A stretch of 64,000 nt of DNA. It comes from Octopus sinensis. Its lineage: Eukaryota. Made by a program: the position numbers and the translations under genes. Positions 13,879 to 27,443 of the stretch are shown piece after piece. The notes below the pieces were generated by a model. The model was not told the DNA's origin. It ran no database searches and worked only from the letters and a program-made list of their open reading frames with translations. The stretch covers positions 124,001 through 188,000 of the forward strand of contig NC_043021.1 in assembly GCF_006345805.1 (NCBI RefSeq), in the 5' to 3' direction. Numbering within the stretch: the stretch's first letter is position 1; each line of letters opens with the position of its first letter.

Positions 13879-14711
13879 AATACAAAGAGGTAGATAGATA
13901 GAGGAAGAGAAAAACTTTAGGTGTATCATAGAAGGAACAATTATAATCCCTTCTATACAGTATATGTGTGTGTGTGAGTATGTATACCTGTGTCTGTGTG
14001 TATGTGTGTGTATATTATCGAACACACAATACACAGGAAAATGTTACTCACCTGTATGCTGCTAATTGACACATTGGAGATGACACTGAAAGCGCCTTAT
14101 ATCAAAACACCTGAGAGTCATAGACAAGCGAGACAACTCACCCCAAATCCCATTCAGGAGCGATGGACATCGATGTTTCGCTATTTTCGCGTCTTATCAG
14201 CGCATAAATTTTAATAACAATATCTTATGTGGACCCAAACAAGGGCCTTATGGATTCCGGTTGAGAATCACTGCTTTAAATACATCTGGCGCACCAAATA
14301 TATTATGGGATGTAAACATCCGGGACCATTGACTAACTGAACACCGTAGGCCAAATATTATTACATATGTCGTAAAACTAGAGAATGTCTCTTATTAGAA
14401 GTTGTAATTCCTTGAGACAAAGAAAAAAAAATCAGTAGAGACATTTCGTAGGAAAGATCTCGAAAGAAGCTCATTTAAAAAAACGAGAAATGTCAAAAAT
14501 GTGCGGATGCCGAACAGCATCCATTCCATGAGAAAGTTTTAGCAGGTATTGTCGGTGCGTTATGTTCAGTGCCAGACAAACTAGAATACCATCTGGAATG
14601 TTCGCACGTCAAGGTACTTTCTGTTAAAAAATTTCCGATTAAAACTTGACAGTTAACAAGAATAAAAACAAGGAAAACCACCATTTTACATGCATACTGA
14701 GTATTGAAGAA

Positions 14712-14810
<99 letters not shown>

Positions 14811-14906
14811 GAGAAGAAGAAAAAGAAAAGGCAGGAGAAAAATAAGAAAAAGAAGAACAAAAAGAAGAACAACAACAATAACAACAACGTCAAAAGATGG
14901 TCTTAC

Positions 14907-14965
14907 CTACGATAGTGGCAAATATAAAAACACCTATCAGGTAACTGACAATAACGAACACATAT
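14907..14965 (-). CDS. Cngl: CNG channel coding exon (S6 transmembrane helix): [19 protein letters not shown](G)
   Basis: The minus strand reads ttttttctttatttgcAG|A TAT GTG TTC ... ACT ATC GTA G|GTaaga: a 59-bp exon with a strong polypyrimidine tract and donor. GVxIFATIVG is the CNG S6 signature. Confidence 0.93.
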
Positions 14966-15320
14966 CTGCAAATAAAGAAAAAGGAGATAGATTAGAGACA
15001 ATCACAGAATGTGTGTGTATGTGTGTGTGTGTATGTGTGTGTGTGTGTGTGTGTGAGTGCGTGTGTGAGTGCGTGTGTGTGTGTGAGTGCGTGCGTCTGT
15101 GGTTCGCTTTTAACTACAGCTTATCACAATAGACTTTTGTTGATTAAGTGCAACGCTGTACATTTGTAGCTTCGTTTTTCCTACTTCAAAATGTCATATA
15201 TATATATATATATATATTAATAATGATAATAATAATAATTATGTATGGATGGAATTTAGAAATATTTTAATGCATCGTTACGCACGTTTCCACAGAAATA
15301 TTTATAATTCCATTCATAGA

Positions 15321-15390
<70 letters not shown>

Positions 15391-15587
15391 CATCATTACT
15401 CTACTACTACTACTACTACTACTACTAAGTTTATCCTACCCTATATCGGTTCAGCTGGGTGCGATCCCATAAAATCAGTGTTGAAGTTTGGAATCACTGG
15501 GAAATAACGGACAATAAAACAGGAGCTTTTATATACATACGTACTCAAAAACGTTTACTGAAAACGAACTTAAAGGATATATGTACG

Positions 15588-15647
<60 letters not shown>

Positions 15648-16705
15648 TGTGTATGTGTGTGCGTGTGCGTGTGTATACATATACATATGTATGTATATAT
15701 GCACATATTCATACCCACATATATACGTAAATGTGAAATGTATGATAAGAATATTTTCCACGAAAGAGAATAGTTTGTTGAGGTGAAGAAAGTAAAGTTG
15801 TTTTGTTGCAAACAGAAAATTTGTGACAAACTCTGGCAGCAGACTGCAAGAGAGAACGGAGTCAAGTCGACCATCTCTGCGCTAGTTTCTTTCAACATTC
15901 CTCATAATATTTACTGGAGTTTAGCGTTCCCCAAACTTAAGCAATGCAAAGGAGTCTCCACATAGATTCTAAAGATTTTACTTCACATTGTCTGTATACA
16001 ATGGCCTCTATCTCTTTATATAAAGAGATAGGAGAAAATAATACTGCCAGACCCTTGCCGATTCTAGCAAATAACCTAAGTAAGACATGACCTGCTAGTA
16101 AAAGCAGCTAAATTTCCATCTTATGATAGTGCTTTGTCCTAAAAGTTGGAAGAAGACGTAGGAAATTGTGAGAATCACACATTATATTTCTGACTAATAC
16201 TCTTCAATCCGATCCTGGCAGATTCGGGCGATAACACCTGTTATATTTCTGTCTTATTTGCTCTCATCAGGGAAATGTAGCTTTAATCCTTCTTTTCCGT
16301 GGAGATGACATCTCTGTGATATATCCCTTAGCATCGATAAGGATGCTGGTGCAAATATCTGCGTATTCTTTAATTATTATTCAGACAGATATGTAAAAGT
16401 TTATGTTCGACTGAGGAGAGTTAATAAAGCCGAAACATGCCTACCTGCCAAGCTCATATTAAAATACTGTTAGCAATAGAGTTGTCTAGTTCGTCTCTAC
16501 ACCACAAAATTTATTCATTTATTTATTAATTAATTCATTAGATATTTTTCATTAAATCAATCAATGCAACTCTATCTCGTAAGAATACAAGAGACTGGTG
16601 AGTGCCTTCATCTTCATCGGCCAAACAGTGACGTCATCATGTTGTGTTACTCAACAGATGACCAGCTGCTCCCTATCTCTCTCTTTTATCTAAGGGTTGG
16701 CCATT

Positions 16706-17104
16706 CTTTTCTATTCGAGGCACAAGGCCCGAAATTTGGGGGGAGGGGACAGTCGATTAGATCGACCCCCAGTACGCAACTGGTACTTTATTTATCGACC
16801 TCGAAAGGATGAAAGGCAAAGTCAACCTCGGCGGAATTTGAAGTCAGAACGTAACGGCAGACGAAATACCTATTTCTTTACTGCCCACAAGGAGCTAAAC
16901 ACAGAGGGGACAAACAAGGACAGACAAACGGATTAAGTCGATTATATTGACTCCAGTGCGTAACTGGTACTTATTTCATCGATCCCGAAAAGATGAAAGG
17001 CAAAGTCGACCTCGGCGGAATTTGAAGTCAGAACGTAGCCGCAGACGAAATACTGCTAAACATTTCGTCTGGCGTGCTAACGATTCTGCCAGCTCGCCGC
17101 CTTG
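16706..17104 (-). mobile_element. SINE family A, composite form, with perfect 15-bp TSD
   Basis: TSD taagggttggccatt at 16691-16705 and 17105-17119. Confidence 0.93.
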
Positions 17105-17559
17105 TAAGGGTTGGCCATTGACCTCTTTATGACAGACTTCCTCTCCTGTATTCCTCATCCTGCTGTGTTCCATAAACCTTTCTCACTACCTCCATTGAGT
17201 ATCTTTTATCAATTCCGTAGCCAAGCATCCCAATAGCCATTACCTACGGTAGCGTGTCTGGGTACTTTTCCCAAGACATTTTGTCTCCGTCACCACACCC
17301 TTCCACCTCAACGCGACGCCCTTCGAAATCACTTAAAAGAAGGCCCTTGAGATGGGCGAGGTACAGCCAACAGCAGAGGCCTTAATGTTTTGTGTCACTT
17401 AGTCGGTGAAGGAAAGGTAACTGCCGCGTTATATTTTCCTGGGTCATGGAGTTGAATGGGGACGAAGGGAGAAGACCTGACACGAATACACCAAAACTAG
17501 GGGTGTTAACCCGGGAATTAAAACGGGTGCTGGGAAAAGTCTTCTCTCCAAAACAAAGA

Positions 17560-17830
17560 ACGAACCGTTCCGTAGAATTCCACACATTCTGTTGATCAAC
17601 TTTCACTCTGAAAGCTTTGATCGATCTGTGGTATCCCTCAGTAAAATCGAACACACAACTGCGTAATTGGAAAGCAAACTTTTTAACCAGACAGTCACAC
17701 CTCTATCGATGCTACCATCTTTACCAACTTCCGCTACCACCACCTTCTCAATTAATATCAGCAGACAGTACCTTCACCTACAACACTCTCTTCATCACCT
17801 CCACCCATTATTTTATATAACTTCCGTTGT
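17560..17830 (+). mobile_element. Possible highly decayed LINE RT fragment
   Basis: KAFD-like (aaagctttgatcga) followed by LRNWKANFLTRQ. Weak. Confidence 0.3.
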
Positions 17831-18920
17831 GTTCGTCACTAAACAACTTTGCCATTTTCTTCCTGCTAACACTTCCGTGCCTCGAACGACGCGTTGAGTT
17901 TCCAGTAAGAAGATCGTTGCAGCTTCGATTTTCCTTTCTTTTTTTTTATTTCGATTAAATCGATCCAAGTGCACGCTGGAAGGATAAGCGCTAAAAATCG
18001 ATGCTGGCAATATCTGAATACAGAAGAGAAATGGACGGAACTAAATACCACCAGGTATTGAGTCAGACGTTTTATTCTCGGTCAGATTAAATGAACATCA
18101 ACAGTGTTAATAGATATAAATGAATGGATGATGGTGAAGATGATTATGATGCAGACGATGATGATGATGATTATGATGATTATGATGGAGGCTGTCGGGT
18201 GGGGGTGAAGACGATGGTGGTGATCGTGGCAGCGATGATGGTGATGATGATGAGGATGATGATTACGTTTAGATAAACGCAGATATTCATAGGGGTGGGT
18301 TGGGGACGAGGAAGAGAAGACGAGGCTACAGTTGAATGAATTCGAGCTCAGAGTAGAACTTGTCCGAAGCTTAGTTATCGGATCGAAACTGGAAGCCGAC
18401 ACTTAGGTCAGAACGTGTTCGCCGCTCGGCTCGACCAACGGCCATAGGTCGACGACGGAGGAAGAGAAACCAGGGTTTTTTGATATACTGGCTTCAAAAC
18501 ACTAAACAGAGGACACACAGACAGATTTAACAACAAAACAATAACATTAACAAGCTTTAAATGTGCAGACGAAAGCGGAAACATACAAATTTATGTAAAA
18601 GACGAAAATAATTCTAAACACTTAAATATTTATATACATATATGTATATATGTGCGTGTGGGTGCGTGATTGACTGATTGATTGATTGATTGATTGATTG
18701 GGAGATAAAAAAATAGGCAGACAGACAGAGAGACAGACAGGCAGACAGATAAATAGATATTCAGACAGTTTGAGAATGGAAATAAGTGTATACACCCATG
18801 TCACTGATACCCTTAAACAGGAGGCAATAATTGATCTTTAAGAAAGAATTATTTTCATTCTGATTCTTTAGAAATGTGTTATATAACCATACATACATAC
18901 ATACATCATACATCATACAT

Positions 18921-18999
<79 letters not shown>

Positions 19000-19056
19000 C
19001 CATAAAGACACACACGCATACACAATCATGCATGCGTATGTACATCTTCGCACGTG

Positions 19057-19124
<68 letters not shown>

Positions 19125-19496
19125 CATGTATGTAGCGCGTGGTGTGCGTGGCCAGAAACTTCTGGTTGGTTGCCTGCAACAAAACTATTCGCTCGAAATA
19201 AATGGCAAGGAAATATAAGCGAGTGATGGCAGCCGTTGAAGAAAGCAATAATAATCAGGTTGGATCGTGAACGACTTATCAGTGTTTAATGTGCAGCGAT
19301 AGACATGGACGTGCTTTCCATTTAGTTTTAGTGACATTTCATCGCGTTTGCAAGATGATAGCTGGCTTCAGTCAGTTCATTTTCATTTGCGCATCGTGTA
19401 CGTATATATATATATATATATGGGGGGGTGTATGTATGTATGTATGTATAATTATATAATATACATACATGTATACAAAATATACATATATATATA

Positions 19497-19539
<43 letters not shown>

Positions 19540-19988
19540 TATACGTATATATATATACATGCATACGTAGGTACGTATGCACGTAAATGTTATACATGTA
19601 TGTATTATGTAATAAGAAACGCTTATCTTTTACTGCTCATATATGTGTGTATATATGTGTGTATATATGTGTGTATATATGTGTGTATATATGTGCATCT
19701 TGTAGCTATTAAAAACAGTTATGTTGAACTATATATGTAAATGTATGTATATGGGTAACTATATCTATGAGTATATATATATGTGTGTGTGTGTATGTAT
19801 ATATATATTCTTTATTTTCCCCAAAATAGACATCTAATTTCCTGATAAGAAACTAATAGTCAAGACATGGTAGAATCCTCCACCACGACACAGCAACACG
19901 CTGAGGAGATCGTCTTTGATTGGTTGGATGATGGTTCAAATCTACATTATATATACGTATATTTATGGTTCGAATGTGTGCGTGTATG

Positions 19989-20020
<32 letters not shown>

Positions 20021-20313
20021 CATTTATACACACACATATATATATATACATATATAAATATATATACCTATACATGTATATATATAAATACGTATGAGTA
20101 TATATATATATATATATACGTACATATATATATATGTATACACACACACATATATATATATCCATATATATAATTATATCGATATACATATCGCCCGTGC
20201 GCTCTCGCGTGAGTATGATGAGTATGTATGTGTGTGTGTGTATGTGTGTGAGTGGTTTTTATGTGTTTATGTCTGTGTACGTGTGTGTGTGTATTTGCAT
20301 GTATGTGTGTTTC

Positions 20314-20377
<64 letters not shown>

Positions 20378-21019
20378 CGTGTGTGTGTGTGTGATTTATA
20401 TCGAGTAAAACATAAACAGATCTTCATGTTGCTTTGCAGTAATAGAGAACACGTCGCGCCTTGATAAGAAAATCTTCGAGGAAAGAATTACTAAAGTTTT
20501 GCTCAAAAAAAAACCAAAAAAAAAAACAAATGACTGCGCAAAAAGCTTGTTAAAATTATTGTATATGTAAATGAGGACTCTTGTCCTCACTAGACTGATT
20601 TGAGTGGTAAGAAATGGCATTTGCAATGCTGGAGTTCGACTAATCTTCGTATTTAGTATCTACTATCTTCTGCTCATAAATGCTAGGAAGGCGATAGTCG
20701 CAGGAAATAGGCGCTGTAGGATATAGGGACTGTAGGTAAAAGGGGCTGCGAATGAGTTTTGAAGCAAAGAATATAAAGATGTAGATACGTATTAAAACTT
20801 GGTTTATAAAATGGTGTTTAATAATGGAAATATAAAGTGACAGAATTCAAAATAGTTTTGCAGCACTTTAGTAGAAACTCGAAAATTAGGATCTGTTCCA
20901 TTGAAAAACTCAACGACATATGGAGGATATATATATGTTTACGTGTGTGTGTGTGTGTGTGTGTATACATATTTGTATATACGCCCATATTTATATATGG
21001 ATGTGTGTGTGTGCCTATA

Positions 21020-21068
<49 letters not shown>

Positions 21069-21498
21069 ATGCATACATACAAATAAATCGCACACGTGAT
21101 TAGCAGCTGCATAGCAGGCAAAACTCTCATTAAGGTATTATCTCCCTTTACAACATGACGTTCTCTCTGAAAGAACATAGGAAGCCATCAAGAAAACACT
21201 GTCCTGGAATAAATAGAGGGAAACTCCTGTTATTGAATACAAGGAATATATTGAATAGCTCAAGGAATATTGGTGGGACATTCTTATTAAAGCATCTGTG
21301 AAGTATAAAAACAACAGGAGGGATATACGAGTTATATGGTTCTTTAGGACAGACTAGAAACAAAGAAGTACCGTCCTAGAGATCAAGTGCCCAGGTGGCG
21401 CGAACATCTCTTCAAAAATCAAAAAGAAGGGAAGCAACTACTGGCAACTGCTTTGAACTCTTCAGCTTCCATACCCAGATTATAAATTCACATTCATA

Positions 21499-21702
21499 CT
21501 TTTCTACTATAGGCACAAAACCTGAAATTTTGGAGGATGGGGCTAATCAATTAAATCGACCTCAGTGCTCACCTGGTACGTATTTCATCGACCCCGAAAG
21601 GGTGAACATCAAAGAAGTCGACTTCGGCGGAATTTGAATTCAGAACGTAAAGACGGACGAAATGCCGCTAAGCATTCCGTCCGGCGTGCTAACGATTCTG
21701 CC
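21499..21702 (-). mobile_element. SINE family A monomer
   Basis: Same head, core and tail as the other copies. Confidence 0.85.
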
Positions 21703-22737
21703 CGATAGCCAATGATAGTTGGTGAATTTGATTTTGAAAGTAAATGCCTCAGTGACAATCGGCATTAGCTGATGTTTCCAGAGAAAGAAATCAACCAACA
21801 CGTTACAAATAAAACCTGTCAGCGGGGCAGTAAAATTATGCGAGATTTATCTCAAGTTTAAAATGTGAATTTGTTTCCGTTGTCTAAATTCCTGCGATGG
21901 CGCTTTATGACGTTGTCAGAAAGCGGTCGCGTTCCTTACAAGAAGATTTGAAATAATTAAAGACAGTTATAAAAACGATCTCCTGCAAAAGTCTTCGGAG
22001 TTACGGGTGAATGCATACGCCAACTGCAATTCGAACCCGGAATTACATATTTGGAAATCTCACTGCTCAATCCCATGCAGTGACTTGTGCCCGTGATACA
22101 GTAATTTATTTAATATAATTAAGAGTCGTGATGAAGAAAAGTAAAAGATTGGAAATGTAAAATGACTGAAGAAAAATTCATACATCCCGATTCAAACTCG
22201 ACGATATCCGAGTGAAAATTGAAAACCTGGTGGCCTACAGTTACACATTTACTTCCCTTCTTTAAATTTTCAATGAGAAAAACGTGACATCCCCCACCTC
22301 GGGGCAGGGTGGGGAATGTCACGGTTATTTATTTATACATTTTTTTTTTGCCAATGAATTTCGATTTGAGATGGAAATTTGGTTTTCCCATGTACTTTTG
22401 ATGTCGTTGTTGTAGTTGTTGGTGCTGGAATCGCTGTTGTTGTTCCATTCCAACTTTTCCTTCCAAGAAACTCTTATTAAAACATCTCAGAATTATCGAA
22501 TTGAAATTCTTCACCAAAAACGAAATAAAGTTAATCGATCCCATTGATCTGTCACTAACCTCAACGCACAGAATTAGAATGAGGTGTGCGCAGTGCAGTT
22601 TACATTATGCTTTACGTTGCATATATATAACGCATATATATATATACGTATAAATAGAAATGTGCGCATACGTGTAATATTTATATGCATACATACACAC
22701 ATACATACATATAAATATATATATATATAATATATAT

Positions 22738-22782
<45 letters not shown>

Positions 22783-22806
22783 ATATACATAAATATATAT
22801 ATGTTC

Positions 22807-22832
<26 letters not shown>

Positions 22833-22837
<5 letters not shown>

Positions 22838-23025
22838 ATTCAAACGAAGAACGAACATGAAAAGCAACGCGAGGACGTGGTACAAGTACTGTATTATCAG
22901 ACGCTCAGGAAAGGAGAGAAAGAAGATTTAACGTTTCGAGCAAAACTCTTCTTCAGAAATAGAGGAAAGTACAAATGAAGGGAAGACGGAGGAAGAAAAT
23001 CGCCATCGATTCACATGTGGTTATA
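22833..23025 (-). mobile_element. Penelope pLTR fragment
   Basis: Contains a hammerhead motif and the ttcctgagcg..taataca motif shared with 33750-33775. Confidence 0.7.
22926..22960 (-). ncRNA. Minimal type I hammerhead ribozyme motif (canonical CUGAAGA core)
   Basis: auuu CUGAAGA agaguuuugcuc GAAA CGU U aaau. Confidence 0.7.
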
Positions 23026-23043
23026 TTTTATAGATTCATAACG

Positions 23044-23807
23044 TTGTCAGTGAAATTGGCTTAACGGAAACTGTTGAATCCATTCGTGCGAATTGTACCG
23101 TTAAGTGAACAGGTATAACCTTATCACAGGCTGAGTTTGACTGAGATTTACCTTAATTTCATGTGGAATTCTCGGCTGTTTATCTGCTAAATAATGAGTT
23201 TGGTTGTTCAGTTGTTGACAGAAATTGAAATTCAGGGTCGGAAATTCAACCTGAGATTTCTTTAAAGACCTCCCACCCACCCACAACGCGAAACTCTAGT
23301 CATATGAAGTAAAGTGTTCAATTAATATGTATATATATATGTGTGTATATATATATGTGTATATATATATATGTGTGTGTGTATATATATATATGCACAT
23401 ACACACGCTTACACACATATTTGCATGTGTATATATGCTTATATATATACGTGCACTCTCACACACACTTTGTAAAGAAAAGAAGGATGCACTCCATCCA
23501 CGGGATAGAAAATAATGTTGATATTAACTGAAAACACTTCACTGCGTGCGACTCGAGTTTCGTGTTACTGTAATTTACAGGCGTCGTGTGCGTGCGCGCG
23601 CGCGCGCGCGTGTGTGTGTGTTTAAAGGAATCTCAGTTTGAACTTCCGACCCTGAGTTTCAGTTTCTGTCAACAACTGAACAACCAAACTCATTCAGGTA
23701 ATTCTCAGTCAAACTCAGCCTGTGACAAGGTTTTACCTGTTCACTCAACGACACAATATTCTCGAATGGATTCTACACAGTTTCCCTTAAGCCAATTTTA
23801 CTGACAA
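23044..23807. repeat. Inverted repeat pair (23044-23266 / 23621-23807) around a ~350-bp spacer
   Basis: The arms align by eye as reverse complements. The left arm has ~40 bp extra. Confidence 0.85.
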
Positions 23808-24612
23808 TCTCCATCCTGACGCTGGCCAAGGGACATCGCTGGCCAAGTGGATTGAACATGGGCTCTCAGGTCTGTGGAGCCTACATCTCGGCCGTTTGGT
23901 CATGCCACCTCCACACACACACACACATACATTCGCACATATATATGTGAGTGTGTGCTTTGTGCGTGTGTGTGTATATATTACATATCACACAACTACA
24001 ATATAAATTATAGTTTAATGCCAGAACCAAGTTATGGAAGATGCATCTTGTATAAAGGTATTTGTCTCGGTCTGTGTGCGTGTGTGTATGTATGTATCTA
24101 TGTATGTATGAGTGTGTGTGTGTGTGTGTGTAAGATTGCACGACCCAGTATATGTGTGTATGTATGAATGTTTATACATATGGGTGTGTGTATGAATATA
24201 TGTATGTGTATGCATATGGGAGTAGGTGTGTAGCTATGTGTATTTGTGTTTGGAGTGTGGATATATGTGTTTGTGTGTCTACGTATGAATGTAAGCGTGT
24301 GTGTGTGTGGGCGAGTGTTTATGAATGCGGTCGTTTGCGAGCGTTTGTTAATTAGATGTTTCAGAGAAGATAATTGTTGAAAATCAAACATTAAATAAAC
24401 AATGGGGACGGGGGGGGAGGAATGGAGTTGAGAGAAGGGGGACGAGGGAAAGGATGAGAGAAAGAGAGAAATACTTGGAGAAGAAGAGAACGAGAAAACT
24501 GTGAAGCCAGACGAGATGCTAGAATCGTGGGGCAGTCAGAGGCAGATTTGGTTTTAGTAGAAATCTTTTCCCCGTCGGAATGCATCACTGCATTCAGTGG
24601 AAATAATTATTA

Positions 24613-24804
24613 TCTTTTACTCTTTTACTTGTTTCAGTCAATTCCATCCTGGGCCAACGCCTTGAAGGGTTTTGCTCGAACAAATCGGCCCCACGACTTA
24701 TAATTTTTTTCAAACCTTGAACTATTCTAACGGAGACTTTTTTCCAAACCGGTGAGTAATGGGGAGGCAAACACAGGATGTCAAGTTGTGTTGTTGAGTT
24801 GAAG

Positions 24805-24847
<43 letters not shown>

Positions 24848-25010
24848 TATATATACGACGGGATTCTTTCAGTTTCCGCCTACCAAATTCACTCACAAGA
24901 CTTGTCGGCTCGACGCTATAGCAGAAGATATTAGCCCAAGGCGCCACGCAGCGGGACTGAATCCAGAACCATGTGGTTGGGAAGCAAGCTTTCCACCACA
25001 CAGCCATGTC
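24613..25010 (-). mobile_element. tRNA-derived SINE family B (CORE-like)
   Basis: Reverse complement of the 61157-61555 family. Confidence 0.85.
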
Positions 25011-26364
25011 TGTTGGGAAACTTTGGAAAGCATTCCAAAGGTTGGAAGCGATTTAACAAAATCCCTTCGCTTTATTAATCAAACTTTTGTAGCACAAGAT
25101 AAGGAATAACATAGGTTTCATAATACTCAAATATTAGAATGGATTAAAACCTTCTCTTTTACATTTTTAGAATCCTTGGCGCACAGTAATTCTCCTTAAG
25201 AACCACTCGACTAGATTTGGAATGGCGGCAGCGGAGGCGGTGACAACCACGACAAAAGAACGGATCTTCATATTGTTTTCTGTAATATCGAGGGGGGGGG
25301 GAAGTAGAGATTGAAGGGGTGGGGTCTTGAAGATAAAGAAAAAAAGATGGGTGAAAAGAAATTTAGAAAATATAAAATAAAGAATAGAGAGGAAGCTGAG
25401 ACATAAAGAAAATAGGGACAGGAGTTACAGGATCAACTTTTTAAAGCTGCAACTTTTACTTCTTCCGTGGTTATGAACGAAGTGATGCTCAGCGAAGCGG
25501 AACAGGATCTATAAATAGGTCCACTTGTCATTTCACTCACCGTCACTTGGCTGTTTCGCGATGTTTCTGTATTTTCCAATTCTTTCCCGTTCCTTTCTTT
25601 GTCTTTCTCCTCATCCCCCACCCCACTTCACTCATCCCCACCTTCTCTCTCTCTCTCTCTCGTCCTTTCTTTCTTCTCTCATTCCCCCCTTCTTTTTTCT
25701 CTTTTCTCTTCTCTAATCTCTCTCATCATCTTCTTTCCCAGTCTCTCTACATTTCTACAGACACCCCCCACCGCCCACTCTTATTCATTTATTTATTGGT
25801 TATTTAGATTTATTACACAAAATCATTAATAGACTCTTGCACACGTGGAAGGAGCCAAAGATTGGAATGGTAAAAACATTCCATGTTTGCCTTCTACTCC
25901 ACCCCACCCCCCCTCCCAAGCCCTATAGAATTTCTCTCGGTGGGATTTGAGACCATAATTCACCAAAATCCTTCCACGTCGTTTCAGCGTGAGTGAAAAT
26001 GGCAAAATTGGATGGGGGAGGGGCGAGTCATCGGGAACCCCGGAAGTTTCAGGGGAAAGAAACCAACTCTAAGCATTTTTCTAAGTAAAAGTAAAGAAAC
26101 TGAAACATAGCACGTTCAATGACCCGGATACAAAAAAGTAATTCAGGCCTTTTATTTTCTGTGGGTCCCCACCTCCCGTTGCTCCAGATGGGCTACTCCA
26201 CCATTATGGATCCCATTTATATATTTTCCCTAAATTCTATTTTTACATCGTTTTTCTTATATTCTTCTTGTTGTGCTTAATTTTGAGCGAATTTAACCCC
26301 GCACCACCTTTTGCATATATCGTCCTCTGATATTGCCTTTAATGTTTTGTGGCCAATAAAACAA

Positions 26365-26417
<53 letters not shown>

Positions 26418-26445
26418 CATCGTCATCATCATCATCATCATCATT

Positions 26446-26660
26446 AAGGCGGCGATCTGGCAGAACCGTTAGCACGTTGGACGAAATGCTTAGCGGTATT
26501 TCGCCCTTCGCCACGTTCTGTGATCAAATTCCGCCGAGGTTGACTTTGCATTTCATCCTTTCGGGTTCGATAAATTAAGTACCTGTTGCGTACTGGGGTC
26601 GATATAATCGACTAGCTCCCTTCCCCAATATTTCCCCACTATTTGTGCCTTTAGTAGAAA
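26446..26660 (+). mobile_element. SINE family A monomer
   Basis: Full head, core and tail. Confidence 0.88.
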
Positions 26661-27289
26661 TTATTATTGTACTTGTCATCGTCATTATCTTCCTTTATCA
26701 TCATCATCATTATTTTTTTTATGATGGTGATGGTGATGACGATGATGACGACGATGATCCCATGCAGAATATGATAGCGTTAGATGGCAGGATTTGTTAA
26801 AGATTGGAAAGAGAATGGCGAAGAATCTGGCGTTGATTCCTCTCTTTCTATTTTTCCTTTCTTTCTTCCTTTCTCGCTTTCTTTATTTTTAATTAGGTGG
26901 TATGTGATTTAAGAGAGACGTGGCTGCTATTTTTAGCAGATAAACAAACATTGAAAGGCTTCGTTGCTGTCTTGTTCTCACGCTAGGTCCACTGGTGAGG
27001 AGGGTGGAGGGGGGGGCGAGGGAGAGGGAATTTGAAATGATGCACAATCGAAAACTCTCTCAATGCATGCACATTCATACACACATGTGTTTGTGTGTGT
27101 GTATGTGTTTGAGTGTATGTGTGTGTGTGTGTGTGTAGGAATGTATATCTAGATATATACACCACATGCTCGTATATACCACATACACACAGCATGCAAC
27201 ACGTGCACACATTCCTATACAAAGACTTATGCACATATTCTACATACATACACACACATATACAGGTGTATGTATATATATATATATAC

Positions 27290-27342
<53 letters not shown>

Positions 27343-27343
27343 A

Positions 27344-27443
27344 NNNNNNNNNNNNNNNNNNNNNNNNNNNNNNNNNNNNNNNNNNNNNNNNNNNNNNNNN
27401 NNNNNNNNNNNNNNNNNNNNNNNNNNNNNNNNNNNNNNNNNNN
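27344..27443. other. Assembly gap (100 N)
   Basis: A run of N following a (GA)n tract. Confidence 0.99.

Larger units (their letters stand above)
1610..14906 (-). other. 13.3-kb phase-1 intron of the CNG channel gene
   Basis: GT..AG bounded. Joining G + GT gives the Gly of ATIVGQVG. Confidence 0.85.
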
